The notes beneath the pieces were generated by a model that did no database searches, had not been told where the DNA came from, and saw only the letters and a program-made list of their open reading frames with translations. DNA of 64,000 bases from Candidatus Aenigmatarchaeota archaeon (GTDB lineage: Archaea > Aenigmatarchaeota > Aenigmatarchaeia > QMZP01 > QMZT01), in NCBI GenBank assembly GCA_043808015.1, contig JAZDFI010000029.1, positions 7,003 to 71,002 on the forward strand, read 5' to 3'. A program made the translations under genes and the position numbers. This document shows positions 28,899 to 38,508 of the stretch, in pieces (position 1 is the stretch's first letter; every line of letters begins with the position of its first letter).

Positions 28899-29480
28899 CT
28901 ACCTGTACATCGTCTGGGTGTTCTCAAACCTGGGCACAAATATCCTGTATTTGTCCTTGTCTTCGAGCTCCTCTAGAATTCTCTTTATAATCATTTTTTC
29001 CGGGTCGGGCAGCATGCTGACACGCTTCTTCATGTCTTCAAAACTCGCGAATGCGTTTTCTTTTCTCGCGGAGAGTATTTCCCATAGATGTTTCTTGCCT
29101 ATGCCGGGAAGCAGTTCCAGCTGATGGAGTCTGGTTGTTATGGGCCCGGCCTTGTTAAAGAAATCCAGAAACTTCTGCGGCGTGGATTTAACTAAGCTCT
29201 CGACTATGTCCGATACCTCTTCTTTTGATGCGGTCGTCAGGTCTTTGTAATCTATTCTTCTTTTGATGAACTTGACCTCGTCCCTTTTGCCGTCGCCAAT
29301 ATAAACAGGGGTACCGACTTTCAGGTAAACTCCTTCCCTGACTATCACCTCGAGCAGTGAAAAATACAGCTCCCCTATAACCTGGGCCACGGGTTGGGAA
29401 ACTTTCATGCCGTAATAGCCGTGCGGAAGGTAATCAAGCACTATCGCCTTCTCATCCTTCTTGATTTCTCTCTGAATCAT
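28899..29480 (-). CDS. COG1491/DUF655-family nucleic-acid-binding protein (OB fold plus HhH)
   Basis: LELLPGIGKKHLWEILSAR helix-hairpin-helix. Lies in the conserved archaeal L21e-RpoF-DUF655 neighbourhood. Confidence 0.55.
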   Translation of the reverse strand: MIQREIKKDEKAIVLDYLPHGYYGMKVSQPVAQVIGELYFSLLEVIVREGVYLKVGTPVYIGDGKRDEVKFIKRRIDYKDLTTASKEEVSDIVESLVKSTPQKFLDFFNKAGPITTRLHQLELLPGIGKKHLWEILSARKENAFASFEDMKKRVSMLPDPEKMIIKRILEELEDKDKYRIFVPRFENTQTMYR

Positions 29481-29526
29481 CCTTCCGCTCCCTTTTTTAT
29501 AAAGTTAGAATGCGTCTTTAAAAGCG

Positions 29527-29853
29527 CTACTTGTTGTCTTTTATAATTTTGATTATTTTTTTCTTGTCGTCCTCTGTCAAAACTAGTCTGTCGTTGGCAA
29601 ACAAAACCCTGATGTCGTTCTGGTTGTCAGGCAGGAAATTTATTATGGTGACTATGTGCCTCTCTTTGAGCTTTTCTATGCCCCGGAGTTCCTCCACTAT
29701 CTTCTCGTATTTTTTGTCCGGGAGCTTGCAGAATTTTCTAAGGTGGTCCAGAGCGTTCTTCTGCTCGTAAACAAGCTCCTTCTTCTTCTCGCTTTCAGAA
29801 AGTATTTTTTTGGCGTCTGTCCAGCTCGTCACTTTTTCGTCTTTAACATTCAT
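29527..29853 (-). CDS. rpoF: RNA polymerase subunit Rpo4/F-like protein
   Basis: About 108-aa helical protein immediately downstream of L21e, as in the conserved archaeal gene order. Confidence 0.5.
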   Translation of the reverse strand: MNVKDEKVTSWTDAKKILSESEKKKELVYEQKNALDHLRKFCKLPDKKYEKIVEELRGIEKLKERHIVTIINFLPDNQNDIRVLFANDRLVLTEDDKKKIIKIIKDNK

Positions 29854-29861
29854 GAAACCAC

Positions 29862-30173
29862 CTACTTTTTCAGGACCAGATGTTCCGGCCTGGATATTAC
29901 TTCTTTCAGGCTGTTGCCTATCTTTATCTGCACCACGTAAGCATCGCCTCGCCTCGCCTTTATCACTCCGGTCAGGCCCTTGAACTTGGGAAAGGGCATG
30001 CCCTTGTGCGACGATGGATTTGGTTTAAGCGTCACCCTGTCGTGTACCTTGAATTCCGTAAGGTATGGGGTGACCTTGAATTTGTGCCTGAGCGTCGCCT
30101 TCAGCTTCCTTCTTGTGGCTCTCCTGAATCCCATTGTAGCTCTTACCATATTATCATCCTTTTTTGATGCCAA
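29862..30173 (-). CDS. rpl21e: 50S ribosomal protein L21e
   Basis: HKGMPFPKFKG...RRGDAYVVQI matches L21e signature residues. Confidence 0.85.
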   Translation of the reverse strand: MASKKDDNMVRATMGFRRATRRKLKATLRHKFKVTPYLTEFKVHDRVTLKPNPSSHKGMPFPKFKGLTGVIKARRGDAYVVQIKIGNSLKEVISRPEHLVLKK

Positions 30174-31314
30174 TCAGGTCGAATTCCTTCATACGCGCCT
30201 GGTTTTCAAGAACCTGCGATATTGAAGGTTTCGTCCTGCCGCCGTCGCCGGTTACGAGTTCCTGCAGGTATAAGCCGGACTCCGCGGTTATATCAAATTG
30301 GTATCTTTTAGTATTAATCCTTTTCCATTTTATGCTTTTAACCTTTTTATGCTTTGTTTTGTCGGGTTTTGCCCCCAGAATTCTGCTGGGCGTCCGCTGT
30401 TTTATGGCGCCTACTATGCCTTTGAGGCGCTCCGGTTTTTCCACGGGTGCCTCGAAATCCACCACGACCCTGTAGACCTTGAATGGGTTCTGGGCCTTGA
30501 GCTCGGCCACTTTTTTCCTGGAGGAAAGGCGAAGCCTAGCGACCTTGACTTTAGCGCTTTTGTTTATGGCGCTCTCCATCTTTCGCAGCAGCAAGCTTCT
30601 TTTGAGCGGCTGCTTCAGCTCCACGATGAACGGCCTCCATGCCAGGCATCTGGCATCCCTGTCCTCCCTGCCTTGCGCGTGCAGTACATGGCTCGTCGCT
30701 AGCGACGCCTTCATGAGCGGCCGGGCTATGATATCCTCTACCGAATCCTTGAACTGCCTCGAACTCGTCTGCGGGAGGCCGCGGAAGAGCTTTTTGTATT
30801 CACCATAGATAAATAGCGGGTTGTAAAAAATCTCAGCCGACATTTTATGCACGTCGAACGTTATGATTATGTCCGGACGCTCGTTATCCTGTTTCTTGCC
30901 GGTTTTCTGCGCTATTATTTTTCCAAGTTCTCTCGCGATTTCGGCTTTCAGCGGCTCGCAGTATTTTATGCCGATTTTCCCCCACAACGCTTCTTCTTTC
31001 ATGACGAGCGAATCGCTCATCCTGACGCCTATCATGAAAGTCGAAAAACCGGCAGGCTTAATCTTATTGGCGATGCTCGCAGCCGCCGCCGCTATTCCGG
31101 CTATTGCATTTTCGCACAACGGGCACGAGGCATCTTTATGGGCGGGCTGTGCACGCCCGTCTTTGGTCAGCATGGCGCGTATCTTACTGCCTCTCTCGCT
31201 ATTGTCCGCCGCCCTGATGACCCCGGCGAACTGCCTGCCGAGGCATGAGTCGCACACGTCACCCGTCTCAAAAATTCTCAGCACTAGCGACGTTATCTCT
31301 TTGACATTTTTCAT
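30154..31314 (-). CDS. pus10: tRNA pseudouridine synthase Pus10
   Basis: N-terminal zinc ribbon CDSCLGRQFA...CPLCEN, THUMP-like region and catalytic domain. Conserved next to L21e. Confidence 0.65.
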   Translation of the reverse strand: MKNVKEITSLVLRIFETGDVCDSCLGRQFAGVIRAADNSERGSKIRAMLTKDGRAQPAHKDASCPLCENAIAGIAAAAASIANKIKPAGFSTFMIGVRMSDSLVMKEEALWGKIGIKYCEPLKAEIARELGKIIAQKTGKKQDNERPDIIITFDVHKMSAEIFYNPLFIYGEYKKLFRGLPQTSSRQFKDSVEDIIARPLMKASLATSHVLHAQGREDRDARCLAWRPFIVELKQPLKRSLLLRKMESAINKSAKVKVARLRLSSRKKVAELKAQNPFKVYRVVVDFEAPVEKPERLKGIVGAIKQRTPSRILGAKPDKTKHKKVKSIKWKRINTKRYQFDITAESGLYLQELVTGDGGRTKPSISQVLENQARMKEFDLIGIKKG

Positions 31315-31338
31315 AATACCATCTTGTCCGCCTTGTTT

Positions 31339-32091
31339 TTAAGCTATTTTAAGGCCGAAAACCCTGACCGCGTTTTCCTTGGCGGCGCGCAGGACGCTCT
31401 CGGTGGTATCGCCGCGCAATTCGGCTATCTTGGCAGCGGAAAGCTTTATGTTCCACGGGTAGTTGCGCGGATCCTGCTCCTTGTTCGGAGAAAGGAACGG
31501 TGAGTCGGTCTCAAGAAGCAGCCTGTCGAGAGGTATATAGCTAGCGATTTTGCGTATGTTTTTTGAGAAAAGCACCATAGTGGAAACGGATACATAAAAC
31601 CCGCGCTCCGTTATTTCTTTCGCCAGCTCTCTGGGCCCGGAAAAGCAATGGAAAACCGCTTCGACGCCCGCGTCTTTGACCATTTCGAAACACTCGCTTT
31701 CCGCGTCCCACGAGTGTATGACCAGCGGCTTTCCGAGGGTTTTAGCAAGCTTTATAAAAAGCGAAAATATCTCCGCCTGTTTCGCCTGTTTGGATGCGTC
31801 TTTTTCCCAGTGGTGGTCAAGGCCAACCTCGCCGACGCCGACAATCCTGTCTGCGTTTTCCTTTATCAGATGCATTATTTTTTCAGGGTCGCCACCCTCG
31901 GTTGGATGGTAACCGAGCGTCGGAAATATGAAGCCTTGGTTTTTTCTGGACAGCTCCAGGGCTTTCACGCCTTCATCGTATCTGGCCGTCCCTACTATGA
32001 CTGCTGCCAGTTCGCTACGACATCTCGCTAGCGTTTCATGCATGTCCTTATCGTAATCCCCGAAACACAAATGAGCATGCACGTCGATCAT
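31339..32091 (-). CDS. tatD: TatD-family metal-dependent hydrolase
   Basis: MIDVHAHL N-terminus and distributed His/Asp/Glu motifs of the TatD TIM-barrel. Confidence 0.8.
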   Translation of the reverse strand: MIDVHAHLCFGDYDKDMHETLARCRSELAAVIVGTARYDEGVKALELSRKNQGFIFPTLGYHPTEGGDPEKIMHLIKENADRIVGVGEVGLDHHWEKDASKQAKQAEIFSLFIKLAKTLGKPLVIHSWDAESECFEMVKDAGVEAVFHCFSGPRELAKEITERGFYVSVSTMVLFSKNIRKIASYIPLDRLLLETDSPFLSPNKEQDPRNYPWNIKLSAAKIAELRGDTTESVLRAAKENAVRVFGLKIA

Positions 32092-32861
32092 GCGTTATCT
32101 CCCCCGAAAAAATAAACCAGCGCCTCTTCTATGCTTTTAACTTCCTTTATTTCAATGCCGGTTTCCTTGGCTATATCGACGCTGACCGGCACGTTATCCG
32201 TGGTGCACACGGGCGCGGGACCTGCCTGATCGCAGTATTTTCTGGTATCATAAATTATTTCGGTGCTCTGGCCGCTTGGCACGAGAAACGTGCTCATGCC
32301 GGCTTCCTTTGCAGCCTTTGCCTTGGCCAGCACGTGACTTACATGCCCTATTGTGCCATCCTCGTTTATTGTCCCGGTTATCACGATACGCGCGTCAATT
32401 TCCTTTCCCGTCAGCGAAGCTACCGTGACTATCGCTAGCGCAGCGCCTGCCGACGGACCTTCTACCGACGTCGATTCTGTCTCAATATTGTATATTATAT
32501 CATATTTTGAAAGGTTCATGCCAGTTATGTTCGAGGCGACTTTGCTTGAAACACGTATGGAGTTCTGTGTGTCGGTCCAGAAAAGCATTTTGTCTATGTT
32601 GGCCAGAACCCTCCCATCGCCTTCGCTGGTCTGGACCGTGAGTTTCGCTAACATGCCAAAGCCATCGTCGTCCACTGCGGGGATGAGTATTGACGCTGAT
32701 GCATTGTGGCTTTCGTTTAATGATGTGTAAGGCATGTAATTCATAACTCCAACTAGGTAACCAGTCATGAATATCGCGGCCGCGGAGAATATTATCGCGC
32801 ATGTTCCGGCCTTGTTGCGGGGCTTCTTTTTTTTCACGGCGTCCTTCCTGTATTTATGCAT
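32088..32861 (-). CDS. Membrane-anchored Lon-like S16 peptidase domain protein
   Basis: Ser-Lys dyad context GPSAGAALAIV...KAKAAKEAG. N-terminal TM anchor. Start trimmed to MHKYRK so that it does not overlap the SRP RNA. Confidence 0.65.
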   Translation of the reverse strand: MHKYRKDAVKKKKPRNKAGTCAIIFSAAAIFMTGYLVGVMNYMPYTSLNESHNASASILIPAVDDDGFGMLAKLTVQTSEGDGRVLANIDKMLFWTDTQNSIRVSSKVASNITGMNLSKYDIIYNIETESTSVEGPSAGAALAIVTVASLTGKEIDARIVITGTINEDGTIGHVSHVLAKAKAAKEAGMSTFLVPSGQSTEIIYDTRKYCDQAGPAPVCTTDNVPVSVDIAKETGIEIKEVKSIEEALVYFFGGDNA

Positions 32862-32885
32862 AAAACCACGAGAGCGCTGCGGGTC

Positions 32886-32901
32886 TATATATTTAAATAC
32901 G
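32886..32901 (+). promoter_or_regulatory. TATA/BRE-like element upstream of the SRP RNA
   Basis: TATATATTTAAATAC about 20-30 nt upstream of the predicted RNA 5' end. Confidence 0.4.
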
Positions 32902-32917
32902 GCCTCTCGGATTATTA

Positions 32918-33203
32918 ATGCAGGGGCCTCCAACCATGGGGCTAGGCCTACCGTACCTTCGGGTGGCAAACGGTCTTCACGGCCGGTTGTAGTTTGCGGA
33001 TGGTTTTGCGCTGAGCTGCAAAGCCCAGACTGCCAACGTAGAAGCCTTGTCCTGCAGGATCATCTTCATGGCGAACCGGGTCAGGGTCGGAAGACAGCAG
33101 CTCTAAGTCATGTCGGCGGTGCTTGCAGGGTAGCAGGGTGGAGAAGGCAATCAGGTTAACTTTCGGTTTTGTGCAAAGTCTACCGCAAACATGTCCCTGC
33201 ATT
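32918..33203 (+). ncRNA. ffs: Signal recognition particle RNA (7S/SRP RNA)
   Basis: 284-bp ORF-free gap. Contains GGGUCAGGGUCGGAAGACAGCAGC (33078-33101), closely matching the conserved SRP RNA helix-8 motif GUCAGGUCCGGAAGGAAGCAGC. The terminal complementarity (5' GCAGGG ... 3' CCCUGC) closes the molecule. Ends approximate. Confidence 0.55.
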
Positions 33204-33253
33204 TTGTTTCGCTAGTGCGGGCCGCTTTTTATATGCGAATGTAATATTTTAAT

Positions 33254-34132
33254 ATGTCTTCCTTTTACAGAAAAATTTCCCTGCTTTTTTTCGGAGGGAT
33301 GGTCAACAAAAACATAGAATCTTTCAGGCCGCTCGAACCGCATATAAGAAACGCCAACATGAAAATCCTGCTGAAGACATGGATCAGCATGCTGTTTTTT
33401 TCGACGGCCCTCGCTTTTATTGCGTCTTTCGCCGCTATATACGTCCTGCTTTCATACGTTTTCCGGGTGGAATTTTACATATACATATTCAGCGTCATAT
33501 TCTTTCCCGTGTTCGTCGCGTCGCTCGTATTCATATCGTTTTACCTGTATCCGGTTCAGAAGGAGCGGTCGAGACAAAAATCGATTGATAACAACCTGCC
33601 TTTCGCTATAACTCACATGGCCGCTATTTCATCGTCCGGCATACCCACAGAGTTCATGTTCGAGCTGCTGACTGGTTTCAAGGAATACGGGGAGATAACA
33701 CAAGACGCGAAGCTCATAATGCGCAACATAAAAACGTTCGGCATGAGCTCGGTCGACGCGATGAAGGAAGTCGCCGATCGTACGCCATCGCAGGCTTTCA
33801 GGGAATTACTGCTTGGCATAGTCAACACCACAGAAACCGGTGGGGATATGATAGAATATCTCCACGGCATGGCGGAGAAGGCGCTTTTCGATTACAGAAT
33901 AAAAAGGGAGAAATACCTCAAAACGCTTTCTACGTATGCCGACATATACACCGCCCTGCTCGTGGCGGCGCCTCTGATGATGCTGTCGATGTTGGCATCG
34001 ATGAGTATAATAGGTGGCAGTATAATGGGCCTTACCATAGAAGAGCTGATATTGCTCATGACGTGGGTTTTGCTGCCCGTGATGAATATGGGATTCCTGG
34101 CATTCATCCATGTCACATATCCCGGTGTGTAA
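33254..34132 (+). CDS. TadC/FlaJ-like type IV pilus platform protein, N-terminal repeat (T2SS-F domain)
   Basis: N-terminal TM, cytoplasmic helical T2SSF-like domain, two C-terminal TMs. Confidence 0.65.
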   Translation: MSSFYRKISLLFFGGMVNKNIESFRPLEPHIRNANMKILLKTWISMLFFSTALAFIASFAAIYVLLSYVFRVEFYIYIFSVIFFPVFVASLVFISFYLYPVQKERSRQKSIDNNLPFAITHMAAISSSGIPTEFMFELLTGFKEYGEITQDAKLIMRNIKTFGMSSVDAMKEVADRTPSQAFRELLLGIVNTTETGGDMIEYLHGMAEKALFDYRIKREKYLKTLSTYADIYTALLVAAPLMMLSMLASMSIIGGSIMGLTIEELILLMTWVLLPVMNMGFLAFIHVTYPGV

Positions 34133-34991
34133 AATGGAAATAAGCAAGACGTTCGTGCTTGAAATGATGTTCATATGCGCAGGGTCAGCAATACTGCTGC
34201 TGAATTTTTTTGTAATCGGTAATATATTTCCTTTCATAATGCCCCTGTTCAATGTCCTTGGGGCGCTGGTGGCGATAGTGCCGCCCTTTCTCATTTTCTA
34301 CGGGCGCTACCGCGTAAGCAAGGAAATAGAGGAGCAGTTCATCATCTTCATAACCGACCTGACTGAATCGATAGATTCGGGTATGACGCTACCCATAGCC
34401 CTCAAGCACATAGGCAAGAAGGACTTCAGATCCATGTCCCCCTTTGTTCATGAGATAGCCAGCAAGGTGGAATGGGGCATACCTTTCGAGAAGGCACTGA
34501 AAATATTTTCCGAGAAAGTGAAGTCGACTCCCATCAGGAGGTCCGTCAGCACCATAATAGAAACATACAAGGTCGGCGGTAAGATATCCGACACGCTGAG
34601 AGCTATAGGCCAGTCTCTTATCGAAATAAACAAAATACGCCAGGAGCGCTCTGCATCGGTGCAGTCGCAGCTCGTGACCTCATACCTGATATTCTTCGTC
34701 TTCATTTTCATTCTGGTGGTGCTGAAAACGTTCCTGATACCCAGTTTCGGCACCATGCAGACGACACCATCGCTTCTCGGTGAAGAGCAAGCGCCGACAT
34801 CTACTCCGGCCGAGATGTATAACCAGGCTTTCGTCAACTTCATCATCGTCCAAGGGTTTTTTGCCGGCCTCGCTACCGGCAAGATGGCAGAAGGCTCCAT
34901 CATTGCCGGGTTAAAACACAGCATAGTGCTGATAGTGGTAGGCTACACTATATTCTCCCTTCTGGGCCAGATGCAAATATCAATGTTTTAA
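34110..34991 (+). CDS. TadC/FlaJ-like type IV pilus platform protein, C-terminal repeat (T2SS-F domain)
   Basis: Same architecture as the previous ORF. It starts 23 nt before that ORF's stop, in another frame. Confidence 0.65.
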   Translation: MSHIPVCKMEISKTFVLEMMFICAGSAILLLNFFVIGNIFPFIMPLFNVLGALVAIVPPFLIFYGRYRVSKEIEEQFIIFITDLTESIDSGMTLPIALKHIGKKDFRSMSPFVHEIASKVEWGIPFEKALKIFSEKVKSTPIRRSVSTIIETYKVGGKISDTLRAIGQSLIEINKIRQERSASVQSQLVTSYLIFFVFIFILVVLKTFLIPSFGTMQTTPSLLGEEQAPTSTPAEMYNQAFVNFIIVQGFFAGLATGKMAEGSIIAGLKHSIVLIVVGYTIFSLLGQMQISMF

Positions 34992-35030
34992 ATACTTATA
35001 GTGAGGAATAAGTAATATTGCGGTGAAATT

Positions 35031-35231
35031 ATGGGAAGGATAAAAACGATTCCTATCAAGTCACTTGGAGACCGTCTCCTTGAAGAACATGCTGACAAAT
35101 TCACGACTGATTTCGAAAAGAACAAGAAAGTCATTGACAGCCTGAAGGACATGCAATCCAAGAAAATGAGGAACATACTTGCCGGATACATAACCAAAGA
35201 AGTGAAGAAGATGAAAAAGGCCGGTCAGTGA
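35031..35231 (+). CDS. rps17e: 30S ribosomal protein S17e
   Basis: MGRIKTIPIKS...KKMRNILAGYITKEVKK matches S17e (MGRVRTK...KKLRNKIAGYVT). Confidence 0.85.
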   Translation: MGRIKTIPIKSLGDRLLEEHADKFTTDFEKNKKVIDSLKDMQSKKMRNILAGYITKEVKKMKKAGQ

Positions 35232-35235
35232 TTTT

Positions 35236-36330
35236 ATGAAAATAGAAGAAATACTGGAAAGCGCGTTCGTGGTCAAGCCAGATGACACACTTTCTCACGT
35301 GGTTGCTAGAATGACCGAGGAGAAGCGCTACGAGGCTTTTGTTTTCGACGGCGAGAACCACGGCATCGTCACCATGGACGACATAATAAGGAAGAACGTC
35401 AGTGAACCACAGAAGATGAAAATATCATATTTCATGAAGCCCATAAACGTCTTCTCAGCAGAGACGCCGGCCGAGGACATAATAAACTACATGCTCGTGA
35501 GCGAATACAGGTCGCTGCCAGTCGAGAAAGACGGCAAAATATATGCAATAACCAAGCCTAAGCTTCTCGGCTTCATAAAAGACGAGGTATTCGAAGGCAA
35601 GAACGCCGGGGATATAATGCAAAAGCCTTTCTGCGTGAAAACAGATGACTCGCTTAACATGGTGCTTTCCGTGATAAAGGACGGCGGCAACAACAGGGTC
35701 CCTGTAATAGATGATAAAGGCAAGTTCGCCGGTCTAGTCGATAGTCTCAGCCTTTCTGGCATAATAATTGGCAGGGAAAGGCTAAGTCTTGGGGCGCGCA
35801 GCGACGGTGAAAAGAGCAGGATAGGCGACTTGGATATAAGCAAGTTCGCTACCAGCGATGTCGTCAGAGTGGGCCCTGAAGAAAGCGTCAAGAAAATCGT
35901 CAAGAAGATGTCAGATAAAGAAGTTTATAATGTCGTCGTCGAAGATGACGATAAGTTCATTGGCATAATAACCATAAAAGACATTCTCAAGCTAATAGGC
36001 AAGTCGCTCGAGACTGTGTACATACGAGTCAGCGGCCTCGGGGACGAGGATGAATTCGTCAGGGAAAAGATAGACGAACTCATTGAAAAAAGCATACAAA
36101 AGGTTCTCAAGGTCGTGAGAGTTTCGTATGTCGTCATACACGTCGAGATACACAAGAAAAAGGAAAAAAGCGATAGGAAAAAATATTCGGTCCAGGGACG
36201 TTTCGTCACTGACAAAGGCAACTTCTACGCCAGCGACCATGAGTGGGAACCGATAAGCGCCGCCAAAATTTTCCTGGAAAGAATGGAAGGCGAAATATTC
36301 AAACAGGTAAGCAAAGAACGCGGACGCTGA
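35236..36330 (+). CDS. CBS-domain (x4) protein with C-terminal ribosome-hibernation-factor-like (HPF/RaiA, S30AE) domain
   Basis: Four CBS repeats. The C-terminal 100 aa (VREKIDELIEKSIQKV...VVIHVEIHKKK...YSVQGRFVTDKGNFYASDHE...ISAAKIFLERMEGEIFK) follows the HPF/YfiA pattern. Confidence 0.5.
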   Translation: MKIEEILESAFVVKPDDTLSHVVARMTEEKRYEAFVFDGENHGIVTMDDIIRKNVSEPQKMKISYFMKPINVFSAETPAEDIINYMLVSEYRSLPVEKDGKIYAITKPKLLGFIKDEVFEGKNAGDIMQKPFCVKTDDSLNMVLSVIKDGGNNRVPVIDDKGKFAGLVDSLSLSGIIIGRERLSLGARSDGEKSRIGDLDISKFATSDVVRVGPEESVKKIVKKMSDKEVYNVVVEDDDKFIGIITIKDILKLIGKSLETVYIRVSGLGDEDEFVREKIDELIEKSIQKVLKVVRVSYVVIHVEIHKKKEKSDRKKYSVQGRFVTDKGNFYASDHEWEPISAAKIFLERMEGEIFKQVSKERGR

Positions 36331-36333
36331 AGC

Positions 36334-37803
36334 TTAAAATGTTTTTTTGCCGGAAAAAAATTCATTCGCTGTTTTTTCCAGATCCTTTATTTTGACGCGT
36401 ATCTGCTTCATCGAGTCGCGGTCGCGGAGTGTGACATCGTCATTCGTCAGCGAATCGTAATCCACGGTTATCGCCAGAGGGACGCCGAGCTGGTCGTATA
36501 TGACGTAGCGCTTTCCTATCGACTGTTTTTCATCGTATTTGGTTTCGAAAAGCATTTTCAACGTCTCGTTTATTTCTAATGCCTTTTCGTCTATGCCATC
36601 TTTTCTGACGAGGGGCAGTATGACTACGTCTAATGGCGATAGTTTGCGCGGGAACTTGAGCACAGGCTTGCCTTCTCTTTCCGAAACGGAATTCTCGAGC
36701 ACGGTGTAGAAAATCCTGTCGAGACCCATGGAGAGTTCGAATACGTGGGGTGTGAATTTTTCCTCATCCTCCACGACGGACAGGTCGACGCCCGAAACCT
36801 TCGCGTGCGAAGATAGGTCATAATCGGTCCTGTAATTGCACGCTACCAGCTCCAGCCATCCAGTGCTCGTGTTAACCTCAAGGTCCCAGGTTTCCTTTGA
36901 ATAGAAAGCCCTTGCGTTTTCCTCCAGTTCTCGGAAGCGTATGTCCTTAGGGTCGAAACCGCATTTCTCCATGAATTCCTGAGCAACGGCGAGATAATAA
37001 GCGATAAGCTTGCCCGACACGAGTTTTTTCTCCACGGCATCCTGGACGCTTATGGAATGCGTTTCCTTGTCGACAAGTTTGAGCCTGAGCTTGAAATCTT
37101 TATACTTGTCGAAATCGTGGAAGTCGTTTATTTTTTTCGGGTTGAAAAACACCTCAGTCTCTAGTTGGGTGAATTCCCTGGTGCGTATGAGACCCTGGCG
37201 CGGCGAAATCTCATTACGGAATGAGCGCCCGGTCTGGGATATGCCCAACGGGAGCGAGACTCTTGCCGTCTTGTATATCTTGAGAAAGTCGGCGAATATG
37301 TTCTGGCACGTCTCCGGCCTCAGGTATGCGTTTTTTTCGTCCGTGAGCGGGCCTATTGAGACTCCGATCATCATGTTGAATTTCTGGACCTTCGCTAGCG
37401 TTCCCTTGCATTCCGGGCATTTGACTTCGTGTTTGTCTATGAACACGTCGAATTCGCCGGATGACATGGCTTCCGGAATCGTCTCGCCGGTCGCGTCTTC
37501 TATGATTTTGTCGGCGCGGAATATCTTGTGACATTTCTTGCACTGCACGAGCGGGTCCACGAAATTTTTCAGGTGGCCTGACGCTTCGAAATTCTTTTTG
37601 GGCAGTATGAGACAGCCGTCGATTTCAAGCGAATCCGTTTTCCTAACGACTTCCGCACGCCAAAGTTCCGTGATTTTTCTCTTCATCACGGTTCCCATGT
37701 GGCCGAAATCCATGAATCCCGAAAGTGAAGAGTGAATTTCAGCCGTGGGGAAGAATATGCCACGCTGGTCGGCAAGTTGCTGTATATGAGTGAATTTGTC
37801 CAT
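36334..37803 (-). CDS. glyS: Glycyl-tRNA synthetase (archaeal/eukaryotic type)
   Basis: N-terminus RGIFFPTAEIHSSLSGFMDFGHMG resembles GlyRS RRGFxxxSxEIYGGxxGxxDYGPLG. SGHLKNFVDPLVQCKKCHKIFRAD matches human GlyRS [24 protein letters not shown]. Class II motifs present. Confidence 0.75.
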   Translation of the reverse strand: MDKFTHIQQLADQRGIFFPTAEIHSSLSGFMDFGHMGTVMKRKITELWRAEVVRKTDSLEIDGCLILPKKNFEASGHLKNFVDPLVQCKKCHKIFRADKIIEDATGETIPEAMSSGEFDVFIDKHEVKCPECKGTLAKVQKFNMMIGVSIGPLTDEKNAYLRPETCQNIFADFLKIYKTARVSLPLGISQTGRSFRNEISPRQGLIRTREFTQLETEVFFNPKKINDFHDFDKYKDFKLRLKLVDKETHSISVQDAVEKKLVSGKLIAYYLAVAQEFMEKCGFDPKDIRFRELEENARAFYSKETWDLEVNTSTGWLELVACNYRTDYDLSSHAKVSGVDLSVVEDEEKFTPHVFELSMGLDRIFYTVLENSVSEREGKPVLKFPRKLSPLDVVILPLVRKDGIDEKALEINETLKMLFETKYDEKQSIGKRYVIYDQLGVPLAITVDYDSLTNDDVTLRDRDSMKQIRVKIKDLEKTANEFFSGKKTF

Positions 37804-37848
37804 AAAATCACATATAAATTTATTGCGAGAGTGCTTTTATAAGATATT

Positions 37849-38508
37849 ATGACAGGCAGAAAAGGTCTGAAAATCGATTTTCATGTCCATTCACATTTCT
37901 CTTCCGATGGCGACATGACGCCGGAAGAAATAATAAGATATGCCAAGAAAGCCGGGCTGGACGCGATAGCCGTTACGGATCATAACAGCCTGCGCGGAGG
38001 CAAGGAAGTGGAGAAGCTTTCAAAAGATCTTATTGTTCTCGTCGGTTCTGAGATAAAAACCGATGCCGGGGAAATCATAGCTCTCAATATAAAAAAGGAT
38101 ATAGAACGTGACCTGGGGCTCGAGGAAACGTGCAAGCTGGTCAAAGAGCAGGGCGGTTTCATAATAATTTCACATCCATTCGACAGGTTCAGAAGCGGTA
38201 TAGGAAGCGAGGCTGAAAAAATAGTAAAATACATAGACGCGGTCGAGGTTTTCAACGCGAGGACTATGGTCGGAAAATTCAACGACGATGCGCTCGCTTT
38301 CGCCAGGAAGCACAACCTGCCATGCGTCGCTGGTTCCGATTCCCACTTCGCCTCAGAACTGGGTTCTGCCTACACTCTGGTCATGGCCGAAAATAAAAAA
38401 GACATATTCAAGGCCATACGTCAGGGCAGGACTGAAATAGCAGGCAGGAAAACAGGCATAATGCCACACTGGAGAACCTTCATCAAGAACATGAACAGAA
38501 AATTATAA
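37849..38508 (+). CDS. PHP-domain metal-dependent phosphoesterase
   Basis: KIDFHVHSHFSSDG...AIAVTDHN His-rich PHP motifs. Confidence 0.75.
   Translation: MTGRKGLKIDFHVHSHFSSDGDMTPEEIIRYAKKAGLDAIAVTDHNSLRGGKEVEKLSKDLIVLVGSEIKTDAGEIIALNIKKDIERDLGLEETCKLVKEQGGFIIISHPFDRFRSGIGSEAEKIVKYIDAVEVFNARTMVGKFNDDALAFARKHNLPCVAGSDSHFASELGSAYTLVMAENKKDIFKAIRQGRTEIAGRKTGIMPHWRTFIKNMNRKL

Noticed and set aside
32862-32969. N-terminal extension of the Lon-like peptidase ORF
   Set aside because: It would overlap the predicted SRP RNA. The internal Met at 32861 is followed directly by the basic stretch and TM anchor expected for the protein N-terminus.
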